Origin: Chrysomallon squamiferum
Taxonomy: Eukaryota; Animalia; Mollusca
Reading direction: 5' to 3'
Assembly (NCBI GenBank): GCA_012295275.1
Contig: CM022666.1
Span: 14,384,001-14,448,000 of the forward strand
DNA: 64,000 bases
Shown piece after piece: positions 1 through 13,713 of this stretch. Under the pieces are notes generated by a model. That model saw only the letters and a program-made list of their open reading frames with translations. It had not been told where the DNA came from and ran no database searches. Position 1 is the stretch's first letter; the number at the start of each line of letters is the position of its first letter. Made by a program: the position numbers and the translations under genes.

Positions 1-1147
1 CAAATATTAATTTAATGAAGTATATTCATTAAATCAAGTATATTAATTAAATCAGATATGCTAATTAAACTAAGTTATATTAATTAAGCTAGATGTGTCA
101 GCTAAATCAGGTGTATCAATGAAATCTAGGCAGATTAATTAAATTGGATATTTTAATTGTCAATCATGTACTCACAACTGACAATGACCATGTCTTTATT
201 CTCATAAACTGTAGGATTACAGTACAGACAAGAATGTTTTACAGATATATAGAAACAAAACTGAAAGGTACATCTGAGGAACGTTAACTTGGAGGACATA
301 TTTTCTCACATATAGTTCTTATTAATGAACATAGCTTTTCTAATAGAAATATATTTTTACTGTTAAACAAATTATTATATTATGAAACTATTTGGACGTC
401 TCATGTATTTCTCTGGTATACCTTTTCTCGCGTTTCATATCATAGGATCATTACATTCAAATATATAATGATATTCATCTCCAATTTTGTTAAGATTACA
501 AATATGACATTTTCTATTTTCTCTTAGAATATTAGACTATCGTCCATTTTCAATAGGAAATTTTGCATTCGAGGTTCTAAATTTACATAAGACATTAGCA
601 TTCTTTTGATACAGCAAAGTAAGAGAGTTTTCTAATATCAGATCATTTTTAAATATTCTATAATTAATACCCTTTGAAGACAGTAAATATGGAAAAATCA
701 AATTGAATTGATACTGATTATGTGATATTTTGGACATCATTTCATGTAACCATTTAACATTATCAAAGTTGTGATATGTCCATGTATGTTAAACCACAAT
801 CATCTAAAATATTTTTTAGTAATTTGTTTGAAGGAGAATCGATAACATGCATTAAATAATATACTTGTGAGGAAATCTTGTTTTTGGTTTTGCAAATTAG
901 GTTCCCCCAAGAGTTTATTTTTCTTTCTTTTATACAAAGAGTATACCATCCTAGTTCACCATGGGTCATAAACAAACTAGATTGAGATGGCTGCAGTTTA
1001 TTAGAAAATTACTATTATTATTTTTTTTTTTCTTGTACAATTTTCTATAAAATACATAAGGAATAACAAATATTTTTCATCCAGCAACCAAAGAACAATT
1101 AAATATGCATACATATTAAGTATTTTTCTTTTAAGTTTGTTATAAAG

Positions 1148-1658
1148 CTCATCTCACAGCTATGGAAGGTCATCTTCCATGTTTGAAATATCTTGTGACA
1201 ACGTCAGGAAATCCAGTACATACGCTGGGTGCACGCAACGACCATGGTGAAACAACCAAAGATCTGGCTCAGCAGTTTTACAAAGAGATGATCCTGGAAT
1301 ACATGAACAACACTGAGTGGGAGAGAGAGACCATCCAGAGCAAGCACAGAGTGAGATTGTTTACTTGTTTGTTTATTTATTGTCTTTGTTTACTTATGAT
1401 TTATGTTTTCGTTTACTTATTTACTTATTCATTTATGTTATTTTTTTATTTGTTCATGTAATTGTCATTCTGTCTTTTCTTATCTGTTATTGAATTGTTT
1501 GCTGATTGATTCACTGATTTTAAATGTTTGCTTGTTTTAAATTTATATGTTTATTTCTCAGTTTGTTTATTTTAATATTCATTTCTATTTGTGTATTTAT
1601 TCTTTAATTAATTAATTTATATTTTTACTGATTCATTTAATTATGTCTTTATATATAA

Positions 1659-1689
<31 letters not shown>

Positions 1690-2993
1690 GACCTGGCTTT
1701 CTCAGCTCATGTTTCTTCATACAATGGTGATTTGGATCATCTCAGAATGCTGGTAGAAAATGGAGTGGTCAACACCAGTAAACAAGATGACAAGTGTTCA
1801 ACACCTGCACACAGAGGTCAGATATTTATTTAATATACAGATTTATCATTACCTTTATTACAGGTATGCACACCTCTTCAATATACAGACTGATTATTAT
1901 TATTAAAGGTACATACACCTTTTTAATATGCAGATTTGTTATTATTACAGTTACATACATCTGTTTAAGATACAGACTGATCATTCTTATGACAGATATT
2001 TAGAGTATTTAATATAGAGATTTGTTATTATCACTAGAGATATATAAAATAGCTGTTGCACATATTTAAACACTCATGCATCCTATAGCAACTAAAACAG
2101 ACACATATGGTTTGTTTATCTTTTTGCACAGTTTGAAATCAGTAAATAGGTACACAAATTAATAACCATGTAACTAAGTAAATGCATAAGTAAATAAGGT
2201 AGCAAACAAATTACTGAATAAGTAAACATGACTTCATTTCACTCTTTTAGAGATCATTTGTTAATTTTATTATATATTTATATATATATATATTTTGTTA
2301 ATAGAAACAGGCTAATTTTGCAACTTCTGTCTCTATATACTTAAGTTATTATAACACTGTATTATACAGCTGCTATGGGAATTGAAGTTTAATATTTTAG
2401 TTGTGACTTTCCAGTCTTTTCTATTTTCTGAGCACTTTTCCTTAAATCATGTGTCAGGAGTCTCTCTCTGTCTCTCTCTCTATGTTTGTTATGGTGTGTG
2501 TGTGTGTGTGTGTGTGTGTCTAGATAACTATTAATTCTTAGGGATTTTTGATATGACAGTTATTCATAACATTATGAATAAGCTTATGTATAAAAAATTT
2601 CATAAAATATATTTTATCATTTATTTTCTTTTTTTCTTTAGAACAAGACAGAAAAGTGGTTGAAGATAATGACAGGACAGTTCAGTCACAAAGTAAAACA
2701 AAAACAACAAAGTGCTAAAGGTAAAATTAAATATTTAGAGTAATTTCCCCTTTCTTGTAATGTTACAGTTATTAAATTTATATTTGTTTTTGTGTAATTT
2801 TAGATTTTAAGCAGTAACAATAATAGCAATAATTGTAAAAGTAATAATAATAATTAAATACAGTATTTTGTAGATTTAGAATTTTTGTTTTTTCTCTTCA
2901 TATCTTCATATCTAATATCATAGTTTAAACCTTTACATCAGGATTATTTGAAATATCCACTTGTTTTTGAACAATTTTGTTTATCACTAAAGA

Positions 2994-3035
<42 letters not shown>

Positions 3036-4969
3036 TTAAAGGAACTAAAGTTATAATGACTTTTGAAAATGCTGTCTTGTTCAATACTTTATTATTAATT
3101 CATAGCAGACAAACAAACCCTGTAAGTATGGAGAATATATTTACATTATTTCTTAGTTTTATCAGAATTAGATTTTTACTTGGAAAAACATTTCATGTCA
3201 GATTTAAAAGACAGCTAATCAACTTGAATGTGTGCTGGAGATTGTGAAACAAACTGATACACAACTCAGAGGGCATCTCCTGGAGAACACAAAACAAATG
3301 AAAGGCATGCAAGACAAGTAGAAGTCAGTTGAAAAATAAATAAATAACTAAATTAAATTACTAATTACAAAATTAAAAAATAAATAAAGAAATAAATAAT
3401 AATAATAATAATTAAAAAAAAGAAAAAAAGAAAAGAAAGAAGAATCCAGAAGAGAAAGAAGCTAACAAATAAACCAGGAAATAATAAATAAGTAAATTCA
3501 TCAGTAAATAAGTACACAAATTAATAACCATGTAACTAAGGAAATGCTTAAGTAAATAAGGTAGCAAACAAATTACTGAATAAGTAAACAACTAAGCAAA
3601 GAAATAAATAAATAAAGAAAGAATTGGTCATTCAAAAGAATAAAATTGTGAAGAGATGAAATGGCAGTGTTAATATATTTATAAAAGTATTATTTTATTG
3701 TCAAACATTAATATGAGTGTTGATAGCTACCAAAAACAGAAAATGGATAACATAGATGTATAAATTATTTTACTTGATCATTTTACTCTCACATCTACAC
3801 TTTAAAAAAAATCAAGTTTGTTGAACTACTCCTTCCCAGTTAGGTCACTGAGTACAGCTGAGACTGACAAGATCAGTACACCTCAGTGTAATCATGGAGC
3901 TATCTCACATTCCTACCTCTGCTTCACACATAGTTACTTTGGTATGTTCCGTGCTTTCTTCAGGAGAGAGGACATAAAAGATTCCTTGCTGCTGAAACCA
4001 AAAAGAAATATCCTATTTCACATTATCTAAGTACACGTTAGAGTCTGATTCTCTGTCAGAGTACATTACAGGTGTTCAGAGTGGATTGTAACAACTTGTT
4101 TGTGTTACTTCATGTAAAATCAGTGTGTTTGTTTTCAGTACAATTCGAGAGTTGGAGCCTGAGCTGGATTATGAGAAACTTCAATGAGAGAAGATGAAAG
4201 ACCAGTTGGATGAACACAGTAGGGAAATGTTCTGTCTTAACTCTCAAGCAGAAAACTTCACTGTGGTGAGGGAGATATTTTTAATCTTCATTTGCTGTTG
4301 ATAAATATATAAATAAGTGAATGATTTAATAAGTAAGTGAGTAAGAAAATGAATGAATAAGTTAATACAGTAAATAAATATGTAAGAGACAAATAAAAAT
4401 AAAATAAATAAAATAGTAAAGGAATAAGTGAATGTAGGAATAAATGAATTAATGGGTAAGTGAATGACAAAAATGAGTGAGTGAGTGAGTAAATGAATTA
4501 ATGAATGAATCTTTCTGGAATATTTTATCTTTAAATAATTATTATAATTTGGATATTTCATTTTTAATTAACTATTGTTTATAATCAATTGAAAGAACGG
4601 AACAATCTGAAACTCGCTAATGAAATAGTGAAATTAATGTACATAATATAAAAAAAGAACAGTCTTCTTGTGAACCTGTCAATCTATTTATCCATTGACT
4701 AACACACCCACCTATCTCTCTCTGTGTTCTTTCTGTATAGCTATCTCTGTCTTACTTTCTACCTGTTTTCTTATATTTTTTCTTGTTATTATTCTGTCTT
4801 GGTATCTCCATATTTACCTCCCTCTCTGTTTGTCTGTGTGTCTAACTGTGTGTTTGTATTTCTGCAGGTTAGTGATGATGAGTATCACACCAGGTCAGGT
4901 CGTGTGAGGAGAAGAGCAGGCTCAAGTAAACAGAAAAGTCAGGATGATGTCAGTCTTTTTGTCAGATGA
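1148..4969 (+). pseudogene. ANKRD42: ANKRD42-like unprocessed pseudogene, copy A (central and 3' exons)
   Basis: AG/GT-bounded exons: 1148-1350 (HLTAMEGHLPCLKYLV..NDHGETTKDLAQQFYK), 1691-1816 (DLAFSAHVSSYNGDLDHLRMLVENGVVN..DDKCSTPAHR), 2642-2720, ~3200-3317, 4139-4265 (TIRELEPELDYEKLQ*EKMKDQLDEH, in-frame TGA 4185-4187) and 4868 onward. Peptides match the ANKRD42 ankyrin repeats and C-terminal coiled coil as I recall them. An internal ankyrin exon appears to be missing. Confidence 0.8.
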
Positions 4970-6573
4970 AATTACACACCTGTGAAAAAACTTCAATCAG
5001 CTCATTACAGAGTTGTCTAGGTCAACGGACACTTTGGACTCTTAACAATGACACTTTTTATACAGTTGATATCTTTGTATTCACTCGGTAATGAAGTGTT
5101 TTGAGTTAAGTGGATTCTCAGTGTGAAATAAAATACCAGAAAGGTACTGTTACATCTGTTGTTGTTGTTGTTTGTTTCTTCCTTAATATTAACAGCTAAA
5201 ATATGTAATATAGATAGTTTAATTTATATAAAAAATGAAATATAGATAGTATGTAATTTATACTTTTCTTTTAATTATAAAGTTTTTATTTCGTTTCGTT
5301 TTGTTAGCCAAACAATTCATTTAGAATTTCAAATATTATTTCCAACATTCGTATATTACAAATCTGAACTAGAAAGGAAATTGTATAAATTTATATATTC
5401 TGCTTTAGTTTATTTCGCATTAAATGATTATTTATTTATTTATGTAATTAATTATTTATTTATTTATTTATTTATTTTGTTGGTTTTCCTGTACATTTCT
5501 TTCCTTTTTCTTCCATTTATTTTCTTTTCTTTTATTTTGGTTGACATCCCATCATGCTTTCTATCTATTTTCATTTTCCAGTCTTCCTTGCATACTTTTC
5601 TTTTTCTTCCCTTCAAACAAAAAATATATTATATAATTAAATAAGGTCCATTCAAAATTAATTTTGAGTGAGTGTTTTAATTTCATCTCTATTTCTTGTT
5701 TTATTTATTTCGTAATTCATAACTTTTTTCATTCCTTAATTCTTTCCTGTCTACACTTTTTATTACCTTAATTGTTTAAGATGTTGAAAAATAACTGACT
5801 TGTAAATTGTCAACAATGATTGTGAGAGATTCAGTGGCAAAACCTCAAGAATTCATATTTTTATTTTGTTTAAATGATTATTTATTTATTTATGTATATA
5901 TGTGTGTGTATGTAAAAAAAAGAAGGCAGGATAATAACGGCTAAGACATCAAATAAATAAATAATAAATCAATCAATAAAATTAAAAATAAATAAATAAA
6001 ATAAACACAACACAAAATAAATAATTAAATAATAAAGATGAAAAGAATAACTAGTCTGGATAATAAAATAAACGTTACATAACACTGATATAATATTTAC
6101 ATATTTAATTTTTTTTTTTTTTTTAAATTTCAATAGAATTTTGTAAAAATAATTTAATGTAGTCAGAAAAAAAATAAGGAACAAAGACAAAAAAAAAAAA
6201 AAAAAAAAAAAAAAAAACAGAGCAATAAAAAAAAAAAAAAAAATAAATAAACAGTGGGAAAATAAATGGGAAAAAAGAAGAAACAAAGAAACAGACGGTA
6301 AAAGTTAATAAACCAACTATATACATTATTATATAATTATAGCCACTAGACTAGTACCGGAGTTATTTCCCTTAGACCGAAAACAATGTACATATCGGAT
6401 AAATATGTTGTATTTGTGCACAGAAACTGCATATTCTGTGACTTTGACAGTGTCATGTTCCAAACTTTCGAATACAAAATAAAAGGAATTCAATGATGCA
6501 AACTGCTCTATAATGTGCTCAAAGTCAGTTTTCTCAGTTTATTCTCATTTTCAGACTGAGCAGAGGAAGACTA

Positions 6574-9163
6574 CAGAGTCTGTCTTGACCCATAGAAGCC
6601 CATAAATGTGAAAGTATTAGTTTCATCTTGCTAAATGATGTCTCGCAGCTGGCAATAGAAACTGCTATGGTTAGCATTATATGAATAAAGCTGTGAAGAT
6701 TAGGAAAGACACTGTATCTCCATAATGAACAATGAATTTGAGAGGTACTTCAGGTCTTGTTATCTTCATGTTGGAACAACGTGACGGCAGTATTCAGCAA
6801 TCCAGTATTTTTTCATGTAGCTGATGTCCATCAATATCAGAGCTGTACAGTTGACATAAACCTCCACGCTTCTTCTTTAGGTCATTGGTGTCGATACTGT
6901 AACTCAGTGCCTCGTCATCGAGAAGGAGCCCAAACTTGATATCTGTGTCATGCAAACGAGTGAACCGTTCATCCATTTCTAGGTGAAGACGGTTGAGTGT
7001 TACCTTCATGACTCTTTCAATTATCTCCTTAGTTGTTATCCCAGCATCTCTTGAGTTCTCACCAGCCATTCGTAGCTTTCGTCTCCGACGTCTTTCTACA
7101 TCAAAATTCCGTTCTTCGAGTCACTCACTGACCCACACTTTTCTTCTATCATCAAAATGATCATGAAACTTCGTTCTAGGATCCTGCAGCCTCTTTTGAA
7201 CTCGGTCAGTGAAAATGAGTATTTTGTCCCAAAATCCTAGCAAAGTTAGAAAATCGTAACTCAATAAGAGGTTATACAGCTAACTTGCATCTTTTCTTCT
7301 TTCACTTATTGATTTTCATTGCCTGTCGTATCCTGCAGGACTCACAGTATCCCCATAAGGTACTTTGCTGACGCAGTTTACTGCTTCTGTCCTCGCACTT
7401 CACTTGGTTTCTGACCCTGATTTAACAACCATGGGCAGCGTTTTTCCAAACGCTGTGTTGAACAAGAGAAAAACACATACAGAGGTTGGATGTTTCCAGA
7501 AAACGTGACCACCATTGGATCCAGCTAACACCAAGTCTGAGAGCAGCCATCACAACAGCGTTGTGATACCACTGTGACCGATAATCTTGTAGCTCCACTT
7601 CGTCTTTCTCTATCTGTTTCAAGGTGTCGGCAATGAAGCTCTCAGCATCCTTCTGGGGAGCTGGTCAATATAAGGAAGAGCTGTTTAACACACACTACTT
7701 TCTTCTGAAATCAACTTCCACGTAACTCACTACGTCTGACATCTGATCACGGCATGCTTGATCAGGAGTCGAGTCGAACATGACACCAGAGAACTTGGCT
7801 CTACGAACGGTTCTTAGAAAACACTGGATGCCATCAGGTGGATTAATTCATTAGGGACTCCTGGTGAAAGATAAGACATTGATTCAGTATGACCTTTCAC
7901 ACAGGTCAAGTGTTCTTTCATGACAGGGTCAGAAATAGCCAGTAGTTTCATTAAGCCAATCTTCTTTCCACATTGGAGCCAAGATCTTTATCTTGCTGAA
8001 GTCCTCTCCGTGTCCTCGCAAAGCCAGGTTCTGAGTTGCAAGGAGTTTTATGCAGTGAAGGATTCTTGTTAAACAATCACGCCACTTATGCTTTTCCTTC
8101 TTTGTGATTGAAGTTCCAAGTCATTCATTCTGTTCTAAATTAATGTTCTTTCCATTTCTTTCCACTGGGTGAAGTTCTTCATTTTCATGAACAGTAAACG
8201 TTTCAGGTGAATTGCACTGTTGAATCCACTTTCTTGCTCCAATGAGAATTGATCGTCTGACCTTGAATAGAGAAGATAACAGATGCAATAGGCTGAGTTT
8301 TTAGACGGGAATTAGACCAGCCCAGAGCTAGTCATTTCTTCACTGGAACCATTCCCCAGTTTTCTTTTGAACCAAGTTCTGTTCACTCAGCGATTGTTTG
8401 TTCGTTGAAAATAACCCTCACTTTTCTGGAAATAGTTTGATTCCATCTTGATAATTTCTGTTCGTAATGCATCATAGAGAATTGTTTTTCTGGTATTCTT
8501 GTCGAACTTCAGAAGTCGAATTTCATGCTGTTTAATTACTGCTGGCAGTTCGAGGCTCTTTGACACCCACCATCCACTTCACTAGGTTCCGCGTGTTTAC
8601 GTTCAGTCTTCTCAGGTACATTTTTGAGAATACATTCAACATCAACATTGCCAGCTCCATCGTCTTCCCCTACTGTCACGTCAACATCCTCTCTGGCACC
8701 TTCACTCTGAATCTCATACACAGATTTATCTGACTTTATTCCTCTTTAGCCTGTGACGCATTTGTACGCGATCTATCTTCAGATTCCAAGAAACTTGTAG
8801 TAGGTGCAGGTGTCAAAATACTTGTCCCAGGCGTTTCAAAGGATAGCATGAAGAACTGGCTTGACTTTTTGTCTTCCTCTGCATCCAACTTTCATATATT
8901 TGGCCTTTCAGCTCCACTTTCCTTTATGTGGGGAAAATAAAATAAAATAAAATAAAATAATATATATATATATATACACACACACATACATACACAATCT
9001 GGCCACCCTATTGCTTCTCACACACATACAAAAATACAGAATGACAGCTCATAATATGTTTGAAGAAAACTCTCTGATTTTTCAGAATCTGCTGAGTGGC
9101 GCCCCCTTCAAGTGGTGGCTCTCAGAGGAACTGCAATACCTGCATACCCTAGACACGCCCCTG
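6574..9163 (-). mobile_element. Degenerate hAT-superfamily DNA transposon (ZMYM1/DUF4371-like transposase), 3'-truncated
   Basis: Minus-strand fragments LATQNLALRGHGED, FSGVMFDSTPD..DQMSDVV, DYRSQWYHNAVVMAA and the dimerisation-domain motif IAVSIASCE..FSKMKLI..MGQDRL, with many stops and frameshifts. 5' end reads CAGGGGCGTGTCTAGG from 9163, typical of hAT termini. No matching 3' TIR because the sequence breaks inside the coding region. Confidence 0.8.
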
Positions 9164-9559
9164 ACGGTGAGAGCTGGGTTATAAATAAAATAACTCTGCG
9201 TAGGTTTCTAGAAAAATATGAATAAGACTTAGATATTACCTGTACTGAAATTAACATTTATTTGTTTAGTTTCACACTGGAATCAATTTTAAAGACAGTG
9301 TATCAGAAACGATTTCAAGAATATTTAATTTCTATTAATATAAATAATATATTAATAATAACGTATTAGGTGAACTACTTGAGAAAGCTCAATATAAAGA
9401 TATCAAGTCTACACACAGAAACATACACAACGCATTATTACTATTATTGTTCTTGTTGTTTTTTCTGTTGTTAATGGTGATAACAGTAAAAGGACGGTGG
9501 CATTTTTAATGTATCTGTCTATTCCTTGCTGTTGATTTGAACATGTATGCAATTTTAGA

Positions 9560-10154
9560 TTGCCCATTTTTTAACGTGTTTTTAAATAACAAAAAATGTA
9601 TTTATAAAAGAGAATGTAAAGAAATAAATTAGTTTTGTAAAGTGTATTTATCATGGAAATCAGACAAAATATTTTAACGCCTTTGCCTGGAGTTACAGCC
9701 TTTATCGACTGGTCCTGCGTCAGTATGGTACATATCTTAGAAGTACTGCGCTCGTACTGCCTAGCCAAGTAGACTGCAAACATACCTCGCTCATGTTTTT
9801 CTATGATTTCATGCTTCAATTCAATGGACATCATCCGCTGCTTCTTCTCAGCACTGTGTTTTGCACTTACTTTCTTACGATCCATGGTCAGAAGAAAGAA
9901 ATGTGCCAAAATACTGCGGAAAACAACACAACAGAGTTGTTTCCACGGCGAAGTAACCACATGAAGTAAAGGAGTTAGACGCGGAATGCTGGCCGGATGC
10001 TGTGTTGTTCGTTGCGCCAACTAGCGGCGGCGTATTTGAAGTTCGCTCCTAACTAGAATTTTAGCTCGCAACTTTCAGCAAACAATCGACCAAGCGACTG
10101 CTCGTAAGTCGGAAAACTCATAAGTTGGGGCACTCGTAAGTGAAGGTACCACTG
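9560..10154 (-). mobile_element. Tigger/pogo-like DNA transposon 5' fragment (CENP-B/psq HTH)
   Basis: Minus strand begins TA|CAGTGGTACCTTCACTTACGAG at 10154. ORF from ATG 9885 gives MDRKKVS..MMSIELKHEIIEKHERG..LARQYERSTSKICTIL, a Tigger N-terminal HTH, then loses similarity. Left boundary approximate. Confidence 0.8.
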
Positions 10155-13100
10155 TACTTCTAAAAAATAGCGTACAAAAAATTGTTATATATATATATAT
10201 CAGTGGTATTATTATTTTACGCAAACGGATGACAGAGCATAATGTAAATTGTATGGAGCTGTCAAATATAGTAAACTTTGTCATTATCACAAAACGAGGC
10301 ATTCGGTGTATACCTCAGTTAGTACTGTTCTGACTTATAACCGTTTTGCTGTTTTATGCAAGGTCAAAGACACTTGTTGAAAATTGGTGATTAAGTCTTG
10401 TTTGCAACAAAAGTAGAAACTATTTTCGACAAACCACATGAGAACCAGTGAATCGTGGCCTGAACAGCTGATTGTTTCGTTTTAAAGGCTTCTTTTGCAT
10501 TTTAATTTTATTGTTCGAATGGTTTATACTCACTACTGTTATAACTAATACCCTGCTACTACTACTACTACTAGTGATACATTACACAACCTATATACTC
10601 TACATTATTCTATAATATGGATTATACTATAAATCCAGACATTAAAGTATGCCAATTTTTCGATATAATGATGTAATCAAGTTAATAACATTGGATAAAA
10701 AGGCAGGTTACTTCTCTTGTATTCTGTAATCCTTGTTTAGCAGGATAAAGGAAATAAATAAAAAGTTCATAAATAAATAAATAAAATTTAAAGACTTGAA
10801 TCAAAAAGTGAATGAATGAATAAAAAAAAAGTTGAAATTAAAGAAAGAGAAATTATTAAAACATTCTTGAAATAATAGTGACAACTAAATCCTCATCCAA
10901 ATTTGAATATTTTATTTCTTGTTTTAAAAGTAGTTTCATAGGCAGAAAAAAATATATAATTTCTCTAGTTTGTATTTCTGTATGTTTAACATACATATGA
11001 TTATACTTTCATGAAAAATAATCTACTGTCGAGGAGAAAACGTCACTACGGTTACATCATAAACAAATATTTGCACGAATTGCTAAGTCTTTGAATCTCT
11101 AAATAAACTGTACATGACGTCACACGCGTGTTGAACTAGTGAACTACACAATGAAGACTTCAGGGTCTGTTTAGTACTCAGAAAATTGTGGAATGAACAT
11201 TTGCTTTTATTTTCATCACTTTTTATATTTATTTATTTATTTATTACTATTTCTGCAAGCAGCTGTGTTCTACCGTTTTCTGAATGTGGTATAAGGGAAG
11301 TAACTCCAGTAGTGATCTGCGTGATAACACAATAAATATACTATTTAATTATCTTTTTAAAATTCGTTTTTAATTAATTAATTTAGTTAGTTAGATTGTT
11401 CACTTCATTTTATGTTATTCTTATTATTTATCCTTATATTTTATCTTAATACGTTTTATTTTATTTTATTTTATTTATTTATTTATTACCTGTTTTTCCT
11501 GTTATTATCCTGCTTACTTTTTTACATACATACATACATACATACATAAAGAACCATTGGAAGAAAATTAAAAATATGAATGTTTCAGGTTTTGCATCTC
11601 TCACACTCGTTGTAGATAATGTATAAGTCAGTTATTTGTCACATGTGAAACAGTTAATGTAATGAAAGGTTAGAGAAACATGAGAACGAAATAAACAGTA
11701 CAGATGCACACAGGCACACACACAGAGGCAGCCCCCCCCCCACACACACACTCACACATACACAGAATCATACACTATGTATAGCCAGTCTGATAATACG
11801 TTGATTTTAGCTTTGTACATCTGCTGTTTTGTTTTTTTTTTTTAAATTTATCATGTTTTTTTACTAACTTACTATCTTATTTACTTAATTACTGACTTAC
11901 TTATTTAATTTTATTTCCATTATTAATTTTTTTTTTATTGTAATTTTTTATTTATTTATATTTTGGAACTGAAGCACACAAACATTGATAAGAAATGAGT
12001 TTTAATATTAATATTTATCCAATATATATATTTATTTTTTTGTAAATAGTGTCATCGCAAGAAAACATATAACTTCTCGACTTTGTTTGTGTATGTTTAA
12101 CCTTTGTATAAACATCACTGTGGTTACATCATATTCGTATGAATTATTCATTTGAGGCGTTTTTGAATGTTTAAATAAACTGTACATGATGTTCCACGTG
12201 GATTAAACTAGTGAACCAAACAGTGAAGATTCCAGGGTCTGCTTAATCATCAGAAAAATAGGGGAATGAACATATATAATTGTTTATTTTAATTTTCTTT
12301 TTTATTAATATTATCATTTGTTTATTTATTTTATTTTCATTATAATTTTTATTTATTTATTTAGTTATTTTCATTTAATTTCGGAAAATGGTTTTAGTAG
12401 CTAGATAGAAATTTAAAGTATTTTCTTTTTAAAAATTTCAAAACGTCACTGACCGAGAAACAACAAGAAAAACAAAATAATATAACAGTGAAAGAAGACA
12501 ATGTAAATAAAACGAATAATAAATAAAGCAACACCCCCAGCAACATCAACACCAATATACCCCACTTGATGCGGCCATGTTTAGAAGAAACAAACTTCAG
12601 TGTGCGATGACTCACTCAAGTTTCACAGTCCAGGTAGGGAGTTTAAGTTTACAGACACCCATAGCAAGTTAAATCAGTGATGTGGAAAGCGGTCATGTGG
12701 TTTACACAATCACAGGTAATCTCGTATTTTTATATCAGGACACGTATAATGATAAAATAACTTTGTAATTTTGGATGAAAATAAAAACGAAGAAAACTGC
12801 ACGTTGATGGTAGAGAATGAAAAACTTTAAAAATCGTATAAAAATTGTCGTCTTTATATATATAAAAAACAATAACAAACAAAACAATAATAAAGATTTA
12901 TTCTGTTGTGTCTTACATCCTGCACGTTTATGGAAAAAAACAACAAAACCAAAAAACAACCTATAAATATAAAATTAAAAAAATTAAAAAGTTCAAAAGA
13001 TGTAGTAATATTACCACGGTAGTTAATAATATCCGTAACAGGAGATTTGGGACATCGAACATGATCTTTATTATCTAGCATATGAAACAAAATTTACTTT

Positions 13101-13524
13101 ATTTGGGTACCCATGCATGAACGGAAAATGTATTGTGGATAAAGAAGAAAGATTGTAGGAAAAATAAACTTTACATCGTCAGTTAGACGATGGAAGTGAA
13201 TCGACCCATTGACCTGCGACTTCGTGTAACCCGAGTACCACATTATATCAGTTTGAAGTGTAAGAGTAGAAATAAATAAGCTAACAAAGTTAGATATACT
13301 TCCAAGGTAATTGATTATTGTTTAGAGCGACCTGTCACATTTATATCTGATAATTTAATAATCCAGTAGCAAAACAAACGAACATCTCCATTTTATCCGA
13401 TTGCACTTGCAGTCATGACGTATCATTTTGTACATCTTTGTCAATGTCGCAGTTAGTTACTGTAGATATATTTAAAAATGTACTGTCTAGTTGCTATACT
13501 TTATTAAAAATTAAGACAGGACGG

Positions 13525-13595
<71 letters not shown>

Positions 13596-13620
13596 TACTA
13601 CTACTAATAATAATAATAAT
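13525..13620. repeat. (TAC)n/(AAT)n microsatellite
   Basis: Directly visible; it accounts for the poly-Tyr ORF at 13438. Confidence 0.95.
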
Positions 13621-13670
13621 GAGATTCAACAAGTAATTTATTCTGACGACGCGCTCTTTCATTCAAATAT

Positions 13671-13713
<43 letters not shown>

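Noticed and set aside
2140-3590. ~90-bp direct duplication (2140-2230 vs 3500-3590) in ANKRD42 copy A introns
   Set aside because: Real, but a small local intronic duplication with no sign of function.
6574-6595. CAGAGTCTGTCTTG as the left TIR of the hAT
   Set aside because: It is the reverse complement of the coding motif MGQDRL, and there is no TSD.
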